Assembly (NCBI GenBank): GCA_964016885.1
Contig: OZ024751.1
Location: 43,028,001 to 43,092,000, forward strand
Origin: Eledone cirrhosa
Taxonomy: Eukaryota
Direction: 5' to 3'
DNA: 64,000 bases
Below the pieces are notes generated by a model. That model had not been told where the DNA came from, did no database searches, and was given only the letters and a program-made list of their open reading frames with translations. Position numbers and translations under genes: made by a program. Positions 14,820 to 29,760 of the stretch are shown in pieces (the stretch's first letter is position 1; every line of letters begins with the position of its first letter).

Positions 14820-15751
14820 GGCTTTGTGTCTAAACATGAAACCATTATAATTATTAGTTTGGAAGAGAACAACTGGGAAGGAACAGTAACCCTAGTGGTC
14901 AGGGTGACCGTGGCTTTTTTTTGTAAGCTTTCTCAACAAGTGAACCTCGGAGTCCCCTCAATTTGGTGAAATTTGTTATGATTATTTATTATTTTTTTTT
15001 TTTTTTAGAGCTTCCCCCATTACAATGGGAGAGACGAAAAGGTTAACTTGGATTAAATATAAATATTTCTCTTCCTGTTTGACATGCAGAGACCGAAACG
15101 TCACTTCGTATAATACAAAGACAGAAATAAACCCAGATTCGTAATAATTTCATGAGACGGATGTAGATATGAAAGACTCTAATGAAAGGTGAGTGAGTGA
15201 GTGAGTGAGTGAGGGAGGGAGGGAGTGAGTGAGGAAGTGAGAGAGTGGGGGGTGAGAGGGTGTGAGAGTGTGTGGGGGGAGTGTGCGAGCGTGGGGGAGT
15301 GGTGGGGGGAGTGGGGTGAGGATGTGTGTGGGGGGGTGAGAGTGTGTGAGAGAATGTATGTGGGGGGTGAGAGAGTGTGCGGGGGGTGAGAGAGTGGGGG
15401 GTGAAAGAGTGTGTGTGGGTGTGTGAGAGAGTGCGTGTGGGTGTATGAGAGAGTGTTTGTGTGGGTGTGTGAGAGAGAGTGTGGGGGGAGTGTGAGAGAC
15501 TGTGTGGGTGTGTGGGGGGGGGGTGAGAGAGTGGGGGGGGTGAGAGAGTGTGTGTGAGAGAGTGTGTGGGTGTATGAGAGAGTGTGTGTGTGGGTGTGTG
15601 AGAGAGAGTGTGTGTGGGTGTGTGAGAGAGTGTGTGTGGGTGTGTGTGGGTGTATGAGAGAGTGCGTGTGTGGGTCTGTGAGTGTGTGTCAGGACGTGTG
15701 TGGATGTGCGTGTGTGTGTGTGAGAGAAAGAAAGTGATTGGAATCGCCATT

Positions 15752-16118
15752 AAACCAGTGTATGACTGGTACTTTATTTTATCCCGTAAGTATGAAAGGC
15801 AAAGGTAACTTCGGCGGGATTTGAACTCAGACCATAAAGGGACATAACTCTATGCTGGAAAGCATGGCGTCCGACCCTCCACTGATACTGCCAAGCCACA
15901 TAACTTGCTTTACTTTCTTGCACAAGTCCAGCAACTTGGAGGGAAGAGGGACGTCGATTAAATCAACCTCAGTAAATTACTGGTACTATATTTTATCGAC
16001 CCTGGAAGGATGAAAGGCGAAGCTAACCTCGGTAGAATTTTAACCCAGAACGTTAAGAGCGAGAACAAACACTTATGATTTTGTCCGGCGCTCTAACGAC
16101 TCTGCTAATCCACACCGC
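15752..16118 (-). mobile_element. Two SINE copies
   Basis: ACTGGTACT...GAAAGGC...GATTTGAACTCAG...CTGCCAA motifs. Confidence 0.7.
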
Positions 16119-16664
16119 TCTATTATAACAATAACAATGACAATATCAATAAGAATAATAGTAATCGCATTACTAAGACTTATATTAAAGTTAATTATAA
16201 TAAGAAATGTAATAATTTAATAAACACAATAAAATAAGCTCTTTTGTATTGTATTCTGAGCAAACAACATGCAGAGTAAATTTTCAATTGTGAAGATTAG
16301 AAGGTAAGCAATTTTCTAAAATATTTTTTAACAACAGAATAATATACGTTGCTTTCAGTGGTTGAAGGAATGTAGTTTACTATCTCATTAATTATTACGT
16401 AATATAAACGTTTTTGTTCTCACAATACTAACAATCAGGTCAGTAGAAGATAAAAGCAGACGGTATATTTTTACAAATGTCTGACATCTTTATTTCAAAT
16501 TATTAAATCGTTCCTGCAGTCTTCACTGCCGTTAGCCCTCGCTATGATCGAAGTTGGCCACATGATGACAATTGTAAAGATATAACAGTAACATATTGAA
16601 CATTCTGTCATCTATATCTATCTATCTGTCTGTCTGTCTGTCTGTCTTTCTTTCTTACTTACTT

Positions 16665-17263
<599 letters not shown>

Positions 17264-17309
17264 TAATTCAAAATATTAATAAATATAGACATTCAACGTA
17301 ATTAAAATA

Positions 17310-17375
17310 TATTTTATTATATATATTTCGGAGGTACTGTGCTGTTTTTTCAGTACGTCCTCATCAGATAAAATA
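17310..17375 (-). ncRNA. Hammerhead motif, family B variant with a different stem II
   Basis: RC: TATTTTAT-CTGATGA-GGAcGTACTG...CAGTACcTCC-GAAA-TATATA-TA-ATAAAATA. Confidence 0.75.
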
Positions 17376-17465
17376 TATAAATTGATGTGTGACATACGTC
17401 AACTGTACTGATGGTTCAATTCCAGTCTTGGCAAGACTGGAATTATATGTATATATGTATTATAA

Positions 17466-17637
<172 letters not shown>

Positions 17638-17675
17638 ATATATACATATATATATGTATATATATATGTATATAA

Positions 17676-17762
<87 letters not shown>

Positions 17763-17763
17763 A

Positions 17764-17876
<113 letters not shown>

Positions 17877-17890
17877 TTATATATATATAT

Positions 17891-17960
<70 letters not shown>

Positions 17961-17999
17961 GATATTAACAAATGGAAACTATATTTATAAAACCATATC

Positions 18000-18064
18000 T
18001 ATTTTATTATACATATTTCAAGGATACCATGTTAAATTATGGTATGCTTTCATCAGACAAAATA
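18000..18064 (-). ncRNA. Hammerhead motif, family B
   Basis: TATTTTAT TA TACATA TTTC...TCATCAG ACAAAATA on the + strand. Confidence 0.7.
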
Positions 18065-18140
18065 CAATATATACCAGTTTTATAAATAAATTTTAACATA
18101 CCCTATCAAAATGCAACCGTTACTTTTGGAAGACATCAGG

Positions 18141-18223
<83 letters not shown>

Positions 18224-18402
18224 CAAAAGGGATATTTAATTTGTTTGTAATTCAACAAATCTAAATGTTTATAACTGAAGCACTCAACAGGTTTTCTGGA
18301 GTATAATATTCAATGATAATAAATAAATGGAAACTATATTTATAATAAAATAAATATGGTTTTATAAATATAGTTTCCATTTATTTAATATCATTGTATA
18401 TA

Positions 18403-18606
18403 TACAGATGTGAGAAAAACCACAGACCCTCCATCTCAACTCTACTTTTGAAAAGCAGAAGAACTGCGAAACCGGTAAAGGAACCAAATAAATATATATA
18501 TTTTAAAATAAGACTCCAGTTTCATTTTCGATTTCATCTTTTTTTCTTTATACTTTCACTCGTATAGGACACCTCGGTTATTTTTCATTTTGTAAAACAA
18601 CCTCAC

Positions 18607-18613
<7 letters not shown>
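18403..18613 (+). mobile_element. Family I repeat with decayed hammerhead (18445-18480); hairpin copies at 21763-21980 and 60200-60372
   Basis: CTT-TTGAAAA(decayed core)-GCAG aagaa CTGC-GAAA-CCGG-TA-AAG; downstream sequence shared with the two other copies. Confidence 0.55.
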
Positions 18614-18658
<45 letters not shown>

Positions 18659-18759
18659 CTTTTATGACACGTTGAATTTCCGTAAAAATCTCGTTAAGGA
18701 TACACGTGTCGGTGGAATGCTCACCCACTTACACGTCAATTTCATGAGCAAGTTGTTTT

Positions 18760-18970
18760 ACCATACCATGCCATGTCATACCATACCATATCATTCTATG
18801 CCATACCATACCATACCATGCCATATCATGCCATGTCATACCATGCCATACCATGCCATACCATATCATTCTATACCATACCATGCCATACCATACCATG
18901 CTATACCATGCCATGTCATACAATGCCATACCATGCCAAACCATGCCATACCATATCGTTCCATACCATC
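18760..18970. repeat. Pentameric (CCATA/CCATG)n satellite
   Basis: Direct reading. Confidence 0.9.
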
Positions 18971-19602
18971 TCTATACCATCACGACTCAGATTGACAGAA
19001 GAAATCGTTATTCCAAATATATGGGGGTGTTTTGTCAACAGGTAAGAACACCTGAGCCCAGGTGAGAACAGGTGATTAGAAACTTGGTAATATTCAGCCT
19101 GATTCTATCCTGTCATATGTCCTGTGTTGAGGTGGACAAATCACATATGACAAGCAAGGTTAATCTAATTTTCCCTTCTTAATATCTCTTTTATCTCACT
19201 AATTATACTACTTTTAAAACTAAACATAAACACCCACACGCACACTGATACTGACACACACATACACACACACACACTGACACACACACACATATACACA
19301 CAGTGACACACACACACACACACACAGACACACACACACACACACACATACACCTACACCTACACACACACACACACACGTACACCTACACACACACAGA
19401 CCCACACACTGGCACATACACACACCCACACACTGACACACATACTGATACACACACACACACACACACACATACTGACACTGACACCTACTCACACACT
19501 GATACTGACACACACACACCCACACTGACACACATACTGACACACACACACATAAACACACACACTGACACACACACTGGCACATACACACATCCACACA
19601 TT

Positions 19603-19635
<33 letters not shown>

Positions 19636-20033
19636 ATACTGACACCTACACACACACACACTGACACCTACACATGCACACACACACACACTGGCACATA
19701 CACACACCCTCACAAACTGACACGCACACTGATACACATACGCACACACACACAGCCACACACACACTGGTACATACACACACCCACACAAACTGATACA
19801 CATACATACACACACACCCATAGACTGACACACACTCATACACTGCCACTCACCTAGGTAGCTAGAAGATTCTGTTGTAACCTCCATGTAACTCAAAGAT
19901 CTTGTTTATCATTGGTAGATCTTTTACAATATATTGAATCTCCAATCTTGGTAGTTTTCCAATGATCAGTTTCACTATGTCGGGCGTCTGCAGTTGGGCT
20001 TATATGAGATATGGTGACCACTGGTCGTATTAG

Positions 20034-21500
20034 GACAAACTGGGGGAGAAACTGAGGGAGAAACTGAGGGAGAAACTGAGAGACAAACTGGGGGAGAAAC
20101 TGAGGGGAAAACTGAGGGAGAAACTGAGGGGAAAACTGAGGGATAAACTGAGGGAGAAACTGAGGGATAAACTGAGGGGAAAACTGAGGGATAAACTGAG
20201 GGAGAAACTGAGGGATAAACTGAGGGGAAAACTGAGGGATAAACTGGGGGAGAACCTGAGGGGAAAACTGAGGGAGAAACTGGGGGAGAAACTGAGGGAG
20301 AAACTGAGGGGAAAACTGAGGGATAAACTGAGGGAGAAACTGAGGGAGAAACTGAGGGGAAAACTGAGGGAGAAACTGAGGGGAAAACTGAGGGAGAAAC
20401 TGAGGGGAAAACTGAGGGGAAAACTGAGGGAGAAACTGAGGGAGAAACTGAGGGAGAAACTGAGGGAGAAACTGAGAGGAAAACTGAGGGAGAAACTGAG
20501 GGGAAAACTGAGGGAGAAACTGAGGGAGAAACTGAGGGAGAAACTGAGAGGAAAACTGAGGGGAAAACTGAGGGACAAACTGGAGGACAAACTGAGGGAG
20601 AAACTGAGGGGAAAACTGAGGGAAAAACTGAGGGAAAAACTGAAGGAGAAACTGAGGGAGAACTGAGGGGAAAACTGAGGGACAAACTGAGGGAAAAACT
20701 GAAGGAGAAACTGAGGGAGAACTGTGGGGAAAACTGAGGGACAAACTGAGAGAGAAACTGAGGGGAAAACTGAGGGAGAAACTGAGGGGAAAACTGAGGA
20801 GAAAACTGAGGGACAAACTGGGGGACAAACTGAGGGAGAAACTGAGGAGAAAACTGAGAGACAAACTGGGGGACGAACTGGGGAGAAACTGAGGGAGAAA
20901 CTGAGGGAGAAACTGAGGGACAAATTGAGGGAGAAACTGAGGGAGAAACTGAGGGGAAAACTGAGGGACAAACTGGGGGACAAACTGAGGGACAAACTGA
21001 GGAGAAAACTGAGGGACAAACTGAGAGGAAAACTGAGAGACAAACTGAGGGAAAAACTGAGGGAGAAACTGAGGGAGAAACTGAGGGAGAAACTGAGGAG
21101 AAAACTGAGGGAGAACTGAGGGAGAAACTGAGGGAGAAACTGAGGGGAAAACTGAGGGACAAACTGGGGACAAACTGAGGGAGAAACTGAGGAGAAAACT
21201 GAGGGACAAACTGTCGGACAAACTGAAGGAGAAACTGAGGAGAAAACTGTGAGACAAACTGGGGGACAAACTGAGGGAGAAACTGAGGGGAAAACTGAGG
21301 GAGAAACTCAGGGAGAAACTGAGGAGAAAACTGATGGAGAAACTGAGGGGAAAACTGAGGGACAAACTGGGGGACCAAACTGAGGGAGAAACTGAGGAGA
21401 AAACTGAGGGACAAACTGAGGGAGAAACTGAGGGAGAAACTGAGAGGAAAACTGAGGGAGAAACTGGGGGAGAAACTGGGGGACAAACTGGGGGACAAGT
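20034..21500. repeat. 12-bp minisatellite, consensus AAACTGAGGGAG, about 120 units
   Basis: Direct reading; generates the PQFL/SPSV ORFs. Confidence 0.95.
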
Positions 21501-21641
21501 TTTAAAACTGGGGAACACACTGAGGAACAAACTGACAGTTTCACTATTTGTTTGGAAGGAAAAGACAAGGGACTTCCGTCGGTTTCGACGATAAGTGTAT
21601 TTGTGTGCGTGTGCGTGTGTGTGTGTCTATGCGTGTGCATA

Positions 21642-21700
<59 letters not shown>

Positions 21701-21716
21701 ATATATGTATGTATAA

Positions 21717-21770
<54 letters not shown>

Positions 21771-21976
21771 GTGGGTTTTTTTTTACAAAATGAAAAATAA
21801 CCGAGGTGTCCTACACGAGTGAAAGTATAAAGAAAAAGAGATGAAATCGAAAATGCAACTGAAGTCTTATTTTTTTTTTAAATATATATATTTATTTGGT
21901 TATAAGGAACCAAATAAATATATATATATTTTTTAAAAATAAGACTTCGGTTGCATTTTCGATTTCATCTCTTTTT

Positions 21977-22064
<88 letters not shown>

Positions 22065-22112
22065 ATACATACATCTATGTATCTATATATAGACACACCA
22101 CACACATACAAG

Positions 22113-22145
<33 letters not shown>

Positions 22146-22639
22146 GAATATAGTTGTTCCGTTGGTGCTGTTTCGTGTGTGTGCGTGTATGTGTGAGCGC
22201 GCCTGTCATGTATGTGCATGTGTCCGTGTGCATATGTGTGATGTGTGGGTGCATACGTGTGTGTGCGTGTATTTTTATTAGGAAATTTGAGAAGAAACTA
22301 ATTTCTCCAAGAATGTCTCAATCAAAATATCGAGTTTGCCTTATGAATCATATCTTAACTTTATTTGTAACGTCACGAGTTACATATCTCACTGAAAATC
22401 GGTTTATTAGCGGAAACACCTAGACATTTTATAATTGTTTTCTCACAAATCTAATGATATATATACATATATATATATATGTGTGTGTATATGAAAAATG
22501 GCGTAAACATTACAAATCAACGGGAGGAAACAAAATAGTACCACTGATAATGTTACAGGTATGTGATGAAAGAACTTTGATAGACTATATATATATATAT
22601 GTTGGGAACGACGTATGGCGGAAGTTTCTGTCTTTTCAT

Positions 22640-23020
22640 TGGTTTTCCTTCTTTATCTCCGGATCGTGTCAGAAGCAACCGTCACCAAGCGAAACCAAAC
22701 GAACTCATGGATGTTAGCTAACCATCTTGCTCGGGCTTTGACTCTGGGTCTCCTGTCGGCTGGTTTTCACCGTGAAATATATCTAGCGATTCTTTCTTGA
22801 GACATTCAAACCACATGTCCATAGTATCAGAACTGATCTCGCAATTCGGAGAAGTATTTTGAGAGCTCACTGCTCCGATGTTACAGGCATGTGGTTTGAA
22901 TGTCGCAGGAAAGAATCTCTAGATGTATTTCACGGCCAAAACCAGCTGGCAGGAGACCCAGAGGTAAACCCCGAGCAAGATGGTTAGTTAACATCAATGA
23001 GATCGTCTCGTCTCGCTTGT
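22640..23020. mobile_element. Divergently oriented pair of RTE-like LINE 3' fragments
   Basis: + strand MSQERISR..GRRPRGKPRARW; homologous diverged copy on - strand ending near 22857; third fragment near 34860-34970. Confidence 0.65.
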
Positions 23021-23608
23021 ATGAATCTTTGATTTTAAATTACCGAAATGCACAATATGAATATCGGTCGGCATCGAAAATTGTGGTGTTTGATTCCTCA
23101 CAGACACCATGCGTGCATTGCTCGATTTCCTCAACTGTTGTTTATAGTGATCGAATATTATCATGGTCATTTGCGTTAGGACGCACACACTTCAAATTTG
23201 AAATATTCCAGATGCTTCATAAGTCAACCTCTTTGTATAGTTAATATCGTAATTGTATTCTATCCAGTTGTTCTAGTGATGAAATGTCTTTGTGATGCAG
23301 TCCAAACAGGAATAGCTGCTGTCGACCATATCTAGAAAGCAAAACTCAAATATCCACCATATCTAGAAAGCAAAACTCAAATATCCAGCTACTCATAAAT
23401 CTTTTGATCCGTAATTAAATGATTAATTAACTTCTTAATTAAATATTCAACCTACCGAAATATACCTGATTTGAATATATAAATAGATAAATAAATAAAT
23501 AACTAAATGAATGAATAAATAAATAAATAAATAAATCAACACCTTATCTACTACACAGCTGACCTGCTTACATTTCTACTTTCTACTACCAAATATATAT
23601 ATATATAT

Positions 23609-24175
23609 AATCAAGGTTTAGCAAATAATGAAAAAGTTTCAAAATAAATTTTAAAAAATTGACTTTACCAACTATAGTTACCTTTACCGATCGGTTTCGA
23701 ATCTCAAAAATAAACGGAGACCATACGGCCTTCGTTGCAAAGAAAGATTCTCGTCAGAAGGTTCTTTTCATTCGAAGAATATAAAATTCTTGAACTTAAA
23801 TTACGAACTAACGCTATCCAAAACTGTTCCCGAGATGAGAGTGAATGAAGTGGAATCAATTTTTTCAAGGGCCGAAGTAAAGATAGAGGCAGAGGGAGGC
23901 AGGTCAAACGGCCGCCACTATCACTAGCAGCAGTCGGAACGACCAAATTTTTTCTCAACAGCGAGGAGGATAGTAATAATAGGATATGTGTTCCTACACG
24001 CACAAGGCGCTAAGGGACGCATGTATTGTCCAACCATATGCCAATGTGGTTCAATGGCAGGTTAATAAATTAACGAGCCAGAACATATATAATCAAGGTT
24101 TAGCAAATAATGAAAAAGTTTCAAAATAAATTTTAAAAAATTTTAAAATTTATTTTGAAACTTTTTCATTATTTG

Positions 24176-24178
<3 letters not shown>
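23609..24178 (-). mobile_element. Family D element: 482-bp unit, partial repeat, short fold-back; hammerhead 23680-23762
   Basis: RC: ACCTT-CTGACGA-GAATCT...AGATTC-GAAA-CCGATCGG-TA-AAGGT; unit restarts at 24091. Confidence 0.78.
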
Positions 24179-24569
<391 letters not shown>

Positions 24570-24786
24570 GGGATAACAAATTATCGTTATAGGTAATCCA
24601 GTTAGAGGTTGTGAGTACTCTGTATTGTGGATAGTTTTAACGTACGGCGTTGTTTGACTCAACAAGAGGTTTCCTTAGTTAGGTGACGAGTTCTCGGGAA
24701 TTCCTATGTAGGTTAATATTGAAGTAATGATAGTGAAAGAGTGAAGAATAACATGGTCAACAGTACAAAAAGGGCTTTATTTACAG

Positions 24787-24889
24787 TATTAACAATTGTT
24801 TCATTGATTAGGATGTCTAAAGATTGCTAATCACTTGTTGACTCATTCAATCTTAAATACTGTGTATGCCTCATCAAATCATCAGAATA
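24787..24889 (-). ncRNA. Hammerhead motif, family E (long stem II)
   Basis: RC: TATT-CTGATGA-tTTGAT...ATCAAt-GAAA-CAATTG-TT-AATA. Confidence 0.65.
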
Positions 24890-25097
24890 TCTGACAAAAT
24901 TACACTCGATATTTGTATTTATATTACGGAGAATTCAAATAACAACATCAATAATAAAGAAAGAAAAAGAAAAAGAACAAGAAAAAAGAAAAAATAATAA
25001 AGAAGTTAGAATGAACATAAAAAATAAGTAAAAAAGTATATACGTGAAAAAAACGGCCGGAACTACTCAGTCATCGCAGTCTTTTCCTATTACTCAA

Positions 25098-25181
<84 letters not shown>

Positions 25182-25215
25182 GGTGGAACAGGTAAAAGAG
25201 TAACAGGTTAAAAGA

Positions 25216-25272
<57 letters not shown>

Positions 25273-25378
25273 TACAACATATTCAGAATGTTGGAATGTT
25301 AGAGGTACGTTCTTATGTATTTCTAAAAAAACGAATATTCTTTCTATCTAGTATGTAAACATGAATAAATAAATAAAC

Positions 25379-25417
<39 letters not shown>

Positions 25418-25625
25418 AAGGAACGAGTAGGACCCCGACGGCTGAGCTCAAGCCGTTTCGATGGCTAATTAATTCTGGACTAAATTTAGTCCAGAATTAG
25501 CCATCGAAACGGCTTGAGCTCAGCCGTGGGGGTCCTACTAGTTCCTATTACCCACTTTACTACCCTAAGTATTGAGTACTTTGGTGCGTTATGGTCCACC
25601 TGGTTCCTTACCACATTTCCTTCGT

Positions 25626-25676
<51 letters not shown>

Positions 25677-26038
25677 GAAAAGTATAGAAATTGTTGTAGC
25701 GAGAAGCTAACAGTATTAATTACATATATATATATATATATATATACATATATATAGATATGTGTGTTTTTGTTTGTTTGTGTGTGTGTGTATATGTTAT
25801 ATGTATGCACACATATATATACATACATAATTACATACATATATATGTATACTTACATATATATATATATATATATAATATACCTTTCATTACAAACCTT
25901 ACGCCACTCAGGAATTTTATTATATCCCTCCTGACTCTTTCATATACTTAAACACCATCTTATGATGAACAGAATATGTTGTCTGTGTTTGTGTGTGTTT
26001 CTATGTATATGTGTGTCGAATATCCTCTGTATGTGTGC

Positions 26039-26138
<100 letters not shown>

Positions 26139-26361
26139 CTGTCGAATATCCTATGTGTGTGTGTATGTGTGTGTCTGTGTGTGTCTGTGTGACGAATACC
26201 CTGTCCATTTAAAATATATAATATACACCAGACATATGTCCTTCAAACATGTCGCCTCTTTATATTACATAGAAATATATTTATATTTATATCGTTATTT
26301 ATATGTTTTGCACTCTTTCACCTCAGGTAACTACCTAAGAAAATAACATTTCATTTACTTT

Positions 26362-26404
<43 letters not shown>

Positions 26405-26405
<1 letters not shown>

Positions 26406-26750
26406 GATATTAATAAATGGAAACTATATTTATAAAACCATATTTATTTCATTATACATATTTCAGGGATACCAAATTAAATTATGGTATGCCTTCATCA
26501 GACAAAATACAATATATAGGGTACGTCAAAGCTTATTTGTAAAACTGTTATATATTGTATTTTGTCTGATGAAGACATACCATAATTTAATTTGGTATCC
26601 CTGAAATATGTATAATGAAATAAATATGGTTTTATAGATATAGTTTCCATTTATTAATATCGTATATCTACTCCAAATACTTGTCGAGTGCTTTATATCA
26701 GTTATAAAAATATTTACTTGTTGTATCCCAACAATTTTAAATAGAACTTT

Positions 26751-26753
<3 letters not shown>
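26405..26753. mobile_element. Family B asymmetric palindrome with hammerheads at 26445-26509 (-) and 26558-26622 (+)
   Basis: Short arm starts at (TA)n-CGATATTAATAA, the complement of internal ATATCG-TATA in the long arm. Confidence 0.8.
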
Positions 26754-26792
<39 letters not shown>

Positions 26793-27024
26793 AAAATGTT
26801 TAATCCAGGCGGCAGAGGTCAAGCCGTTTCGACGGCTATTTCTGGAGTCCAAACGTCGAAACGGCTTGAGCTCTGCCGTCGGGTTAAGCATTTTTCTATT
26901 ACCCACTCTACTACCCTAAGTATTGAGTACTCTGATACGTTATGGTCCACCTGGTTCCTTACCATACGTCCCTCGTATATATATATATATATACAAATGG
27001 AAACTATATTTATAAAACCATATT

Positions 27025-27089
27025 TATTTCATTATACATATTTCAAGGACACCAAGTTAAATTATGGTGTGCTTTCATCAGATAAAATA
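27025..27089 (-). ncRNA. Hammerhead motif, family B
   Basis: TATTTCAT TA TACATA TTTC...TCATCAG ATAAAATA on the + strand. Confidence 0.7.
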
Positions 27090-27384
27090 TAATATAGAGC
27101 AGTTTTATAAATAAATATTGACATACCCTTAAAGAATGCAACCATTATTGTTGGAAGCTCCCGGATAGTGGAGTTATAACTTTAATTATATTATTAGGTA
27201 AGTTAGTATTGGATATTTTTAAATAAGCCGTTGGGTTACGGAGAAAGAGAAAGAGAGAGAAACAGCAGAACGACAGAGAGAAAAAAATATCGTATTTTTA
27301 CACCAAATATTTGTTGAGTGCTTTATATCAGTTTTAAAAATATTTGCTTGTTGTATCCCAACAATTTAAATAGAACTTTTACAT

Positions 27385-27431
<47 letters not shown>

Positions 27432-27552
27432 CGTAGCAGAAAATTGCTTATTGTAATCCAGTCTATATATATAAACAACAACAGCACCAACCAAAACAAT
27501 AACACAACAATAATATATATATGTGTATATATATATATATATACATATATAA

Positions 27553-27719
<167 letters not shown>

Positions 27720-27908
27720 AACGAGTAGGACCCCGACGGCTGAGCTCAAGCCGTTTCGACGGCTAATTCTGGACTCAGAATTAGCCGTCGAAACGGCTTG
27801 AGCTCAGCCGTCGGGGTCCTACTCGTTCCTATTACCCACTCTACTACCTTAAGTATTGAGTACTTTGGTGCGTTATGGTCCACCTGGTTCCTTACCACAT
27901 TTCCTTCG

Positions 27909-27957
<49 letters not shown>

Positions 27958-27960
<3 letters not shown>

Positions 27961-28410
27961 TGAAAAAGTGAAGAATAACATGATCAACAGTACAAAGAAG
28001 GAAATTTATTTACAGTCTAACAATTGTTTCTATGATAGAGATGTCTAGAAATTGCTAATCACTGAAGCCAATGGCACTCAATTTAAAACACATGCAACCT
28101 CTATCATTTCGTCAAAGACTAAGGTGTATTTTAAATTGAGTGCCACTGCCTTCAGTGTTTAGCAATTTCTAGACATCTCTATCATAGAAACAATTGTTAG
28201 ACTGTAAATAAATTTCCTTGGTTGTACTGTTGATCATGTTATTCTTCACTTTTTCAATTTTATCTCTCCAAGATATACTTACATGGGAACACATTAACTC
28301 GCTATCCACGTAAACCTCTTGTTGAGTCAGACAACGCTGTACGCTATCCATGATAAGTAGTTTTCACAACCTTTTATCGGATTACCTTTAACGATATATT
28401 GTTATCCTCT
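27958..28410. mobile_element. Family E asymmetric palindrome; hammerhead 28014-28120 (-, C3U)
   Basis: RC: AGTCT-TTGACGA-aATGATAGAG...CTCTATCATa-GAAA-CAATTG-TT-AGACT; inverted arm 28127-28262. Confidence 0.7.
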
Positions 28411-28492
28411 CTCTGTCTCTCTCTCTCTATATATATATATATAGAAATAGTTCTTACAACTTCGACGTGTCGGGCTTAAACTCTTCTTTCTC

Positions 28493-28564
<72 letters not shown>

Positions 28565-28628
28565 TCTCCCTCTTTCTCTCTCTCCCTCTCTCTCTACCTC
28601 TCTCCCTCTCTCTCTCTCTTGGTCTCTC

Positions 28629-28678
<50 letters not shown>

Positions 28679-28721
28679 GTTCTTACAACTTCGACGTGTC
28701 GGGCTTAAACTCTTCTTTCTC

Positions 28722-28777
<56 letters not shown>

Positions 28778-28879
28778 CCTCTCTCTGTCTCTCTCTCTCT
28801 CTCTCCCTCTCTCTCTCTCTCCCTCTCTCTCTCTCTCCCTCTCTCTCTACCTCTCTCCCTCTCTCTCTCTTGGTCTCTC

Positions 28880-28911
<32 letters not shown>

Positions 28912-29316
28912 ACAGAGAGGATGTGGTAAGATATACCATAACGCACTCGATACTTAGGGTAGTAGAGTTGGTAATAAGAAAAGATTCAGGACACCGACGG
29001 CTGAGCTCCGGCCTTTTCGACAGCTAGGTCCTAACTAAGTATTAGAACGGCGGGAATCTAGCTTAACTTATAAGTTTAGCTAGATTCCGGCCGTTCTAAT
29101 ACTGGATCTAGTCCTGAATCTTTCCATATATATATATATATATAAGTTTATCCCGGGTTCAATCGGGGGTAACCACAGTAAGTAAGGTACTCAATACAAA
29201 GCAGAGTATAAATATTTAATTTTTCGAAATATTTACTTCTGCGTTCACAGATTGATTTTTTTAGTTTCAGAAAATCCCGTTAAGGGTGAAAGCAGCGATT
29301 GTTTGCTTAAAGTTTA

Positions 29317-29403
<87 letters not shown>

Positions 29404-29760
29404 ATATATATATATATTAATAGTCTTTTTCCTCGTGACCTTATTGGCACTGTCAATGGTAATATTTGACAATGTGTCTGTATAGTTGGGTGCGGGATGG
29501 TGTTGGGTGGGGAGAGGGTGTTGACGACAACGACAGCAACAATGACCACAGCAACAGCAACAACAATGACAACAACAATGTAAAAAATGTGCAATAACCG
29601 CGACAATAACTGCAACAACAATAACAACAACTGTGTCAACATATTTTGACCTCTTGCTTTAGTCTTGCAATAAAGACGTTTTTATTATTTTTAATAAGTC
29701 GGTGAGAGACAGGCAGAGTCACATAAACACACACGCACATTCATATATACGTATATATAT

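Noticed and set aside
19893-21530. 545, 507 and 337 aa ORFs
   Set aside because: Open only because the 12-bp repeat lacks stops on that strand; several frames open; no splice or domain support
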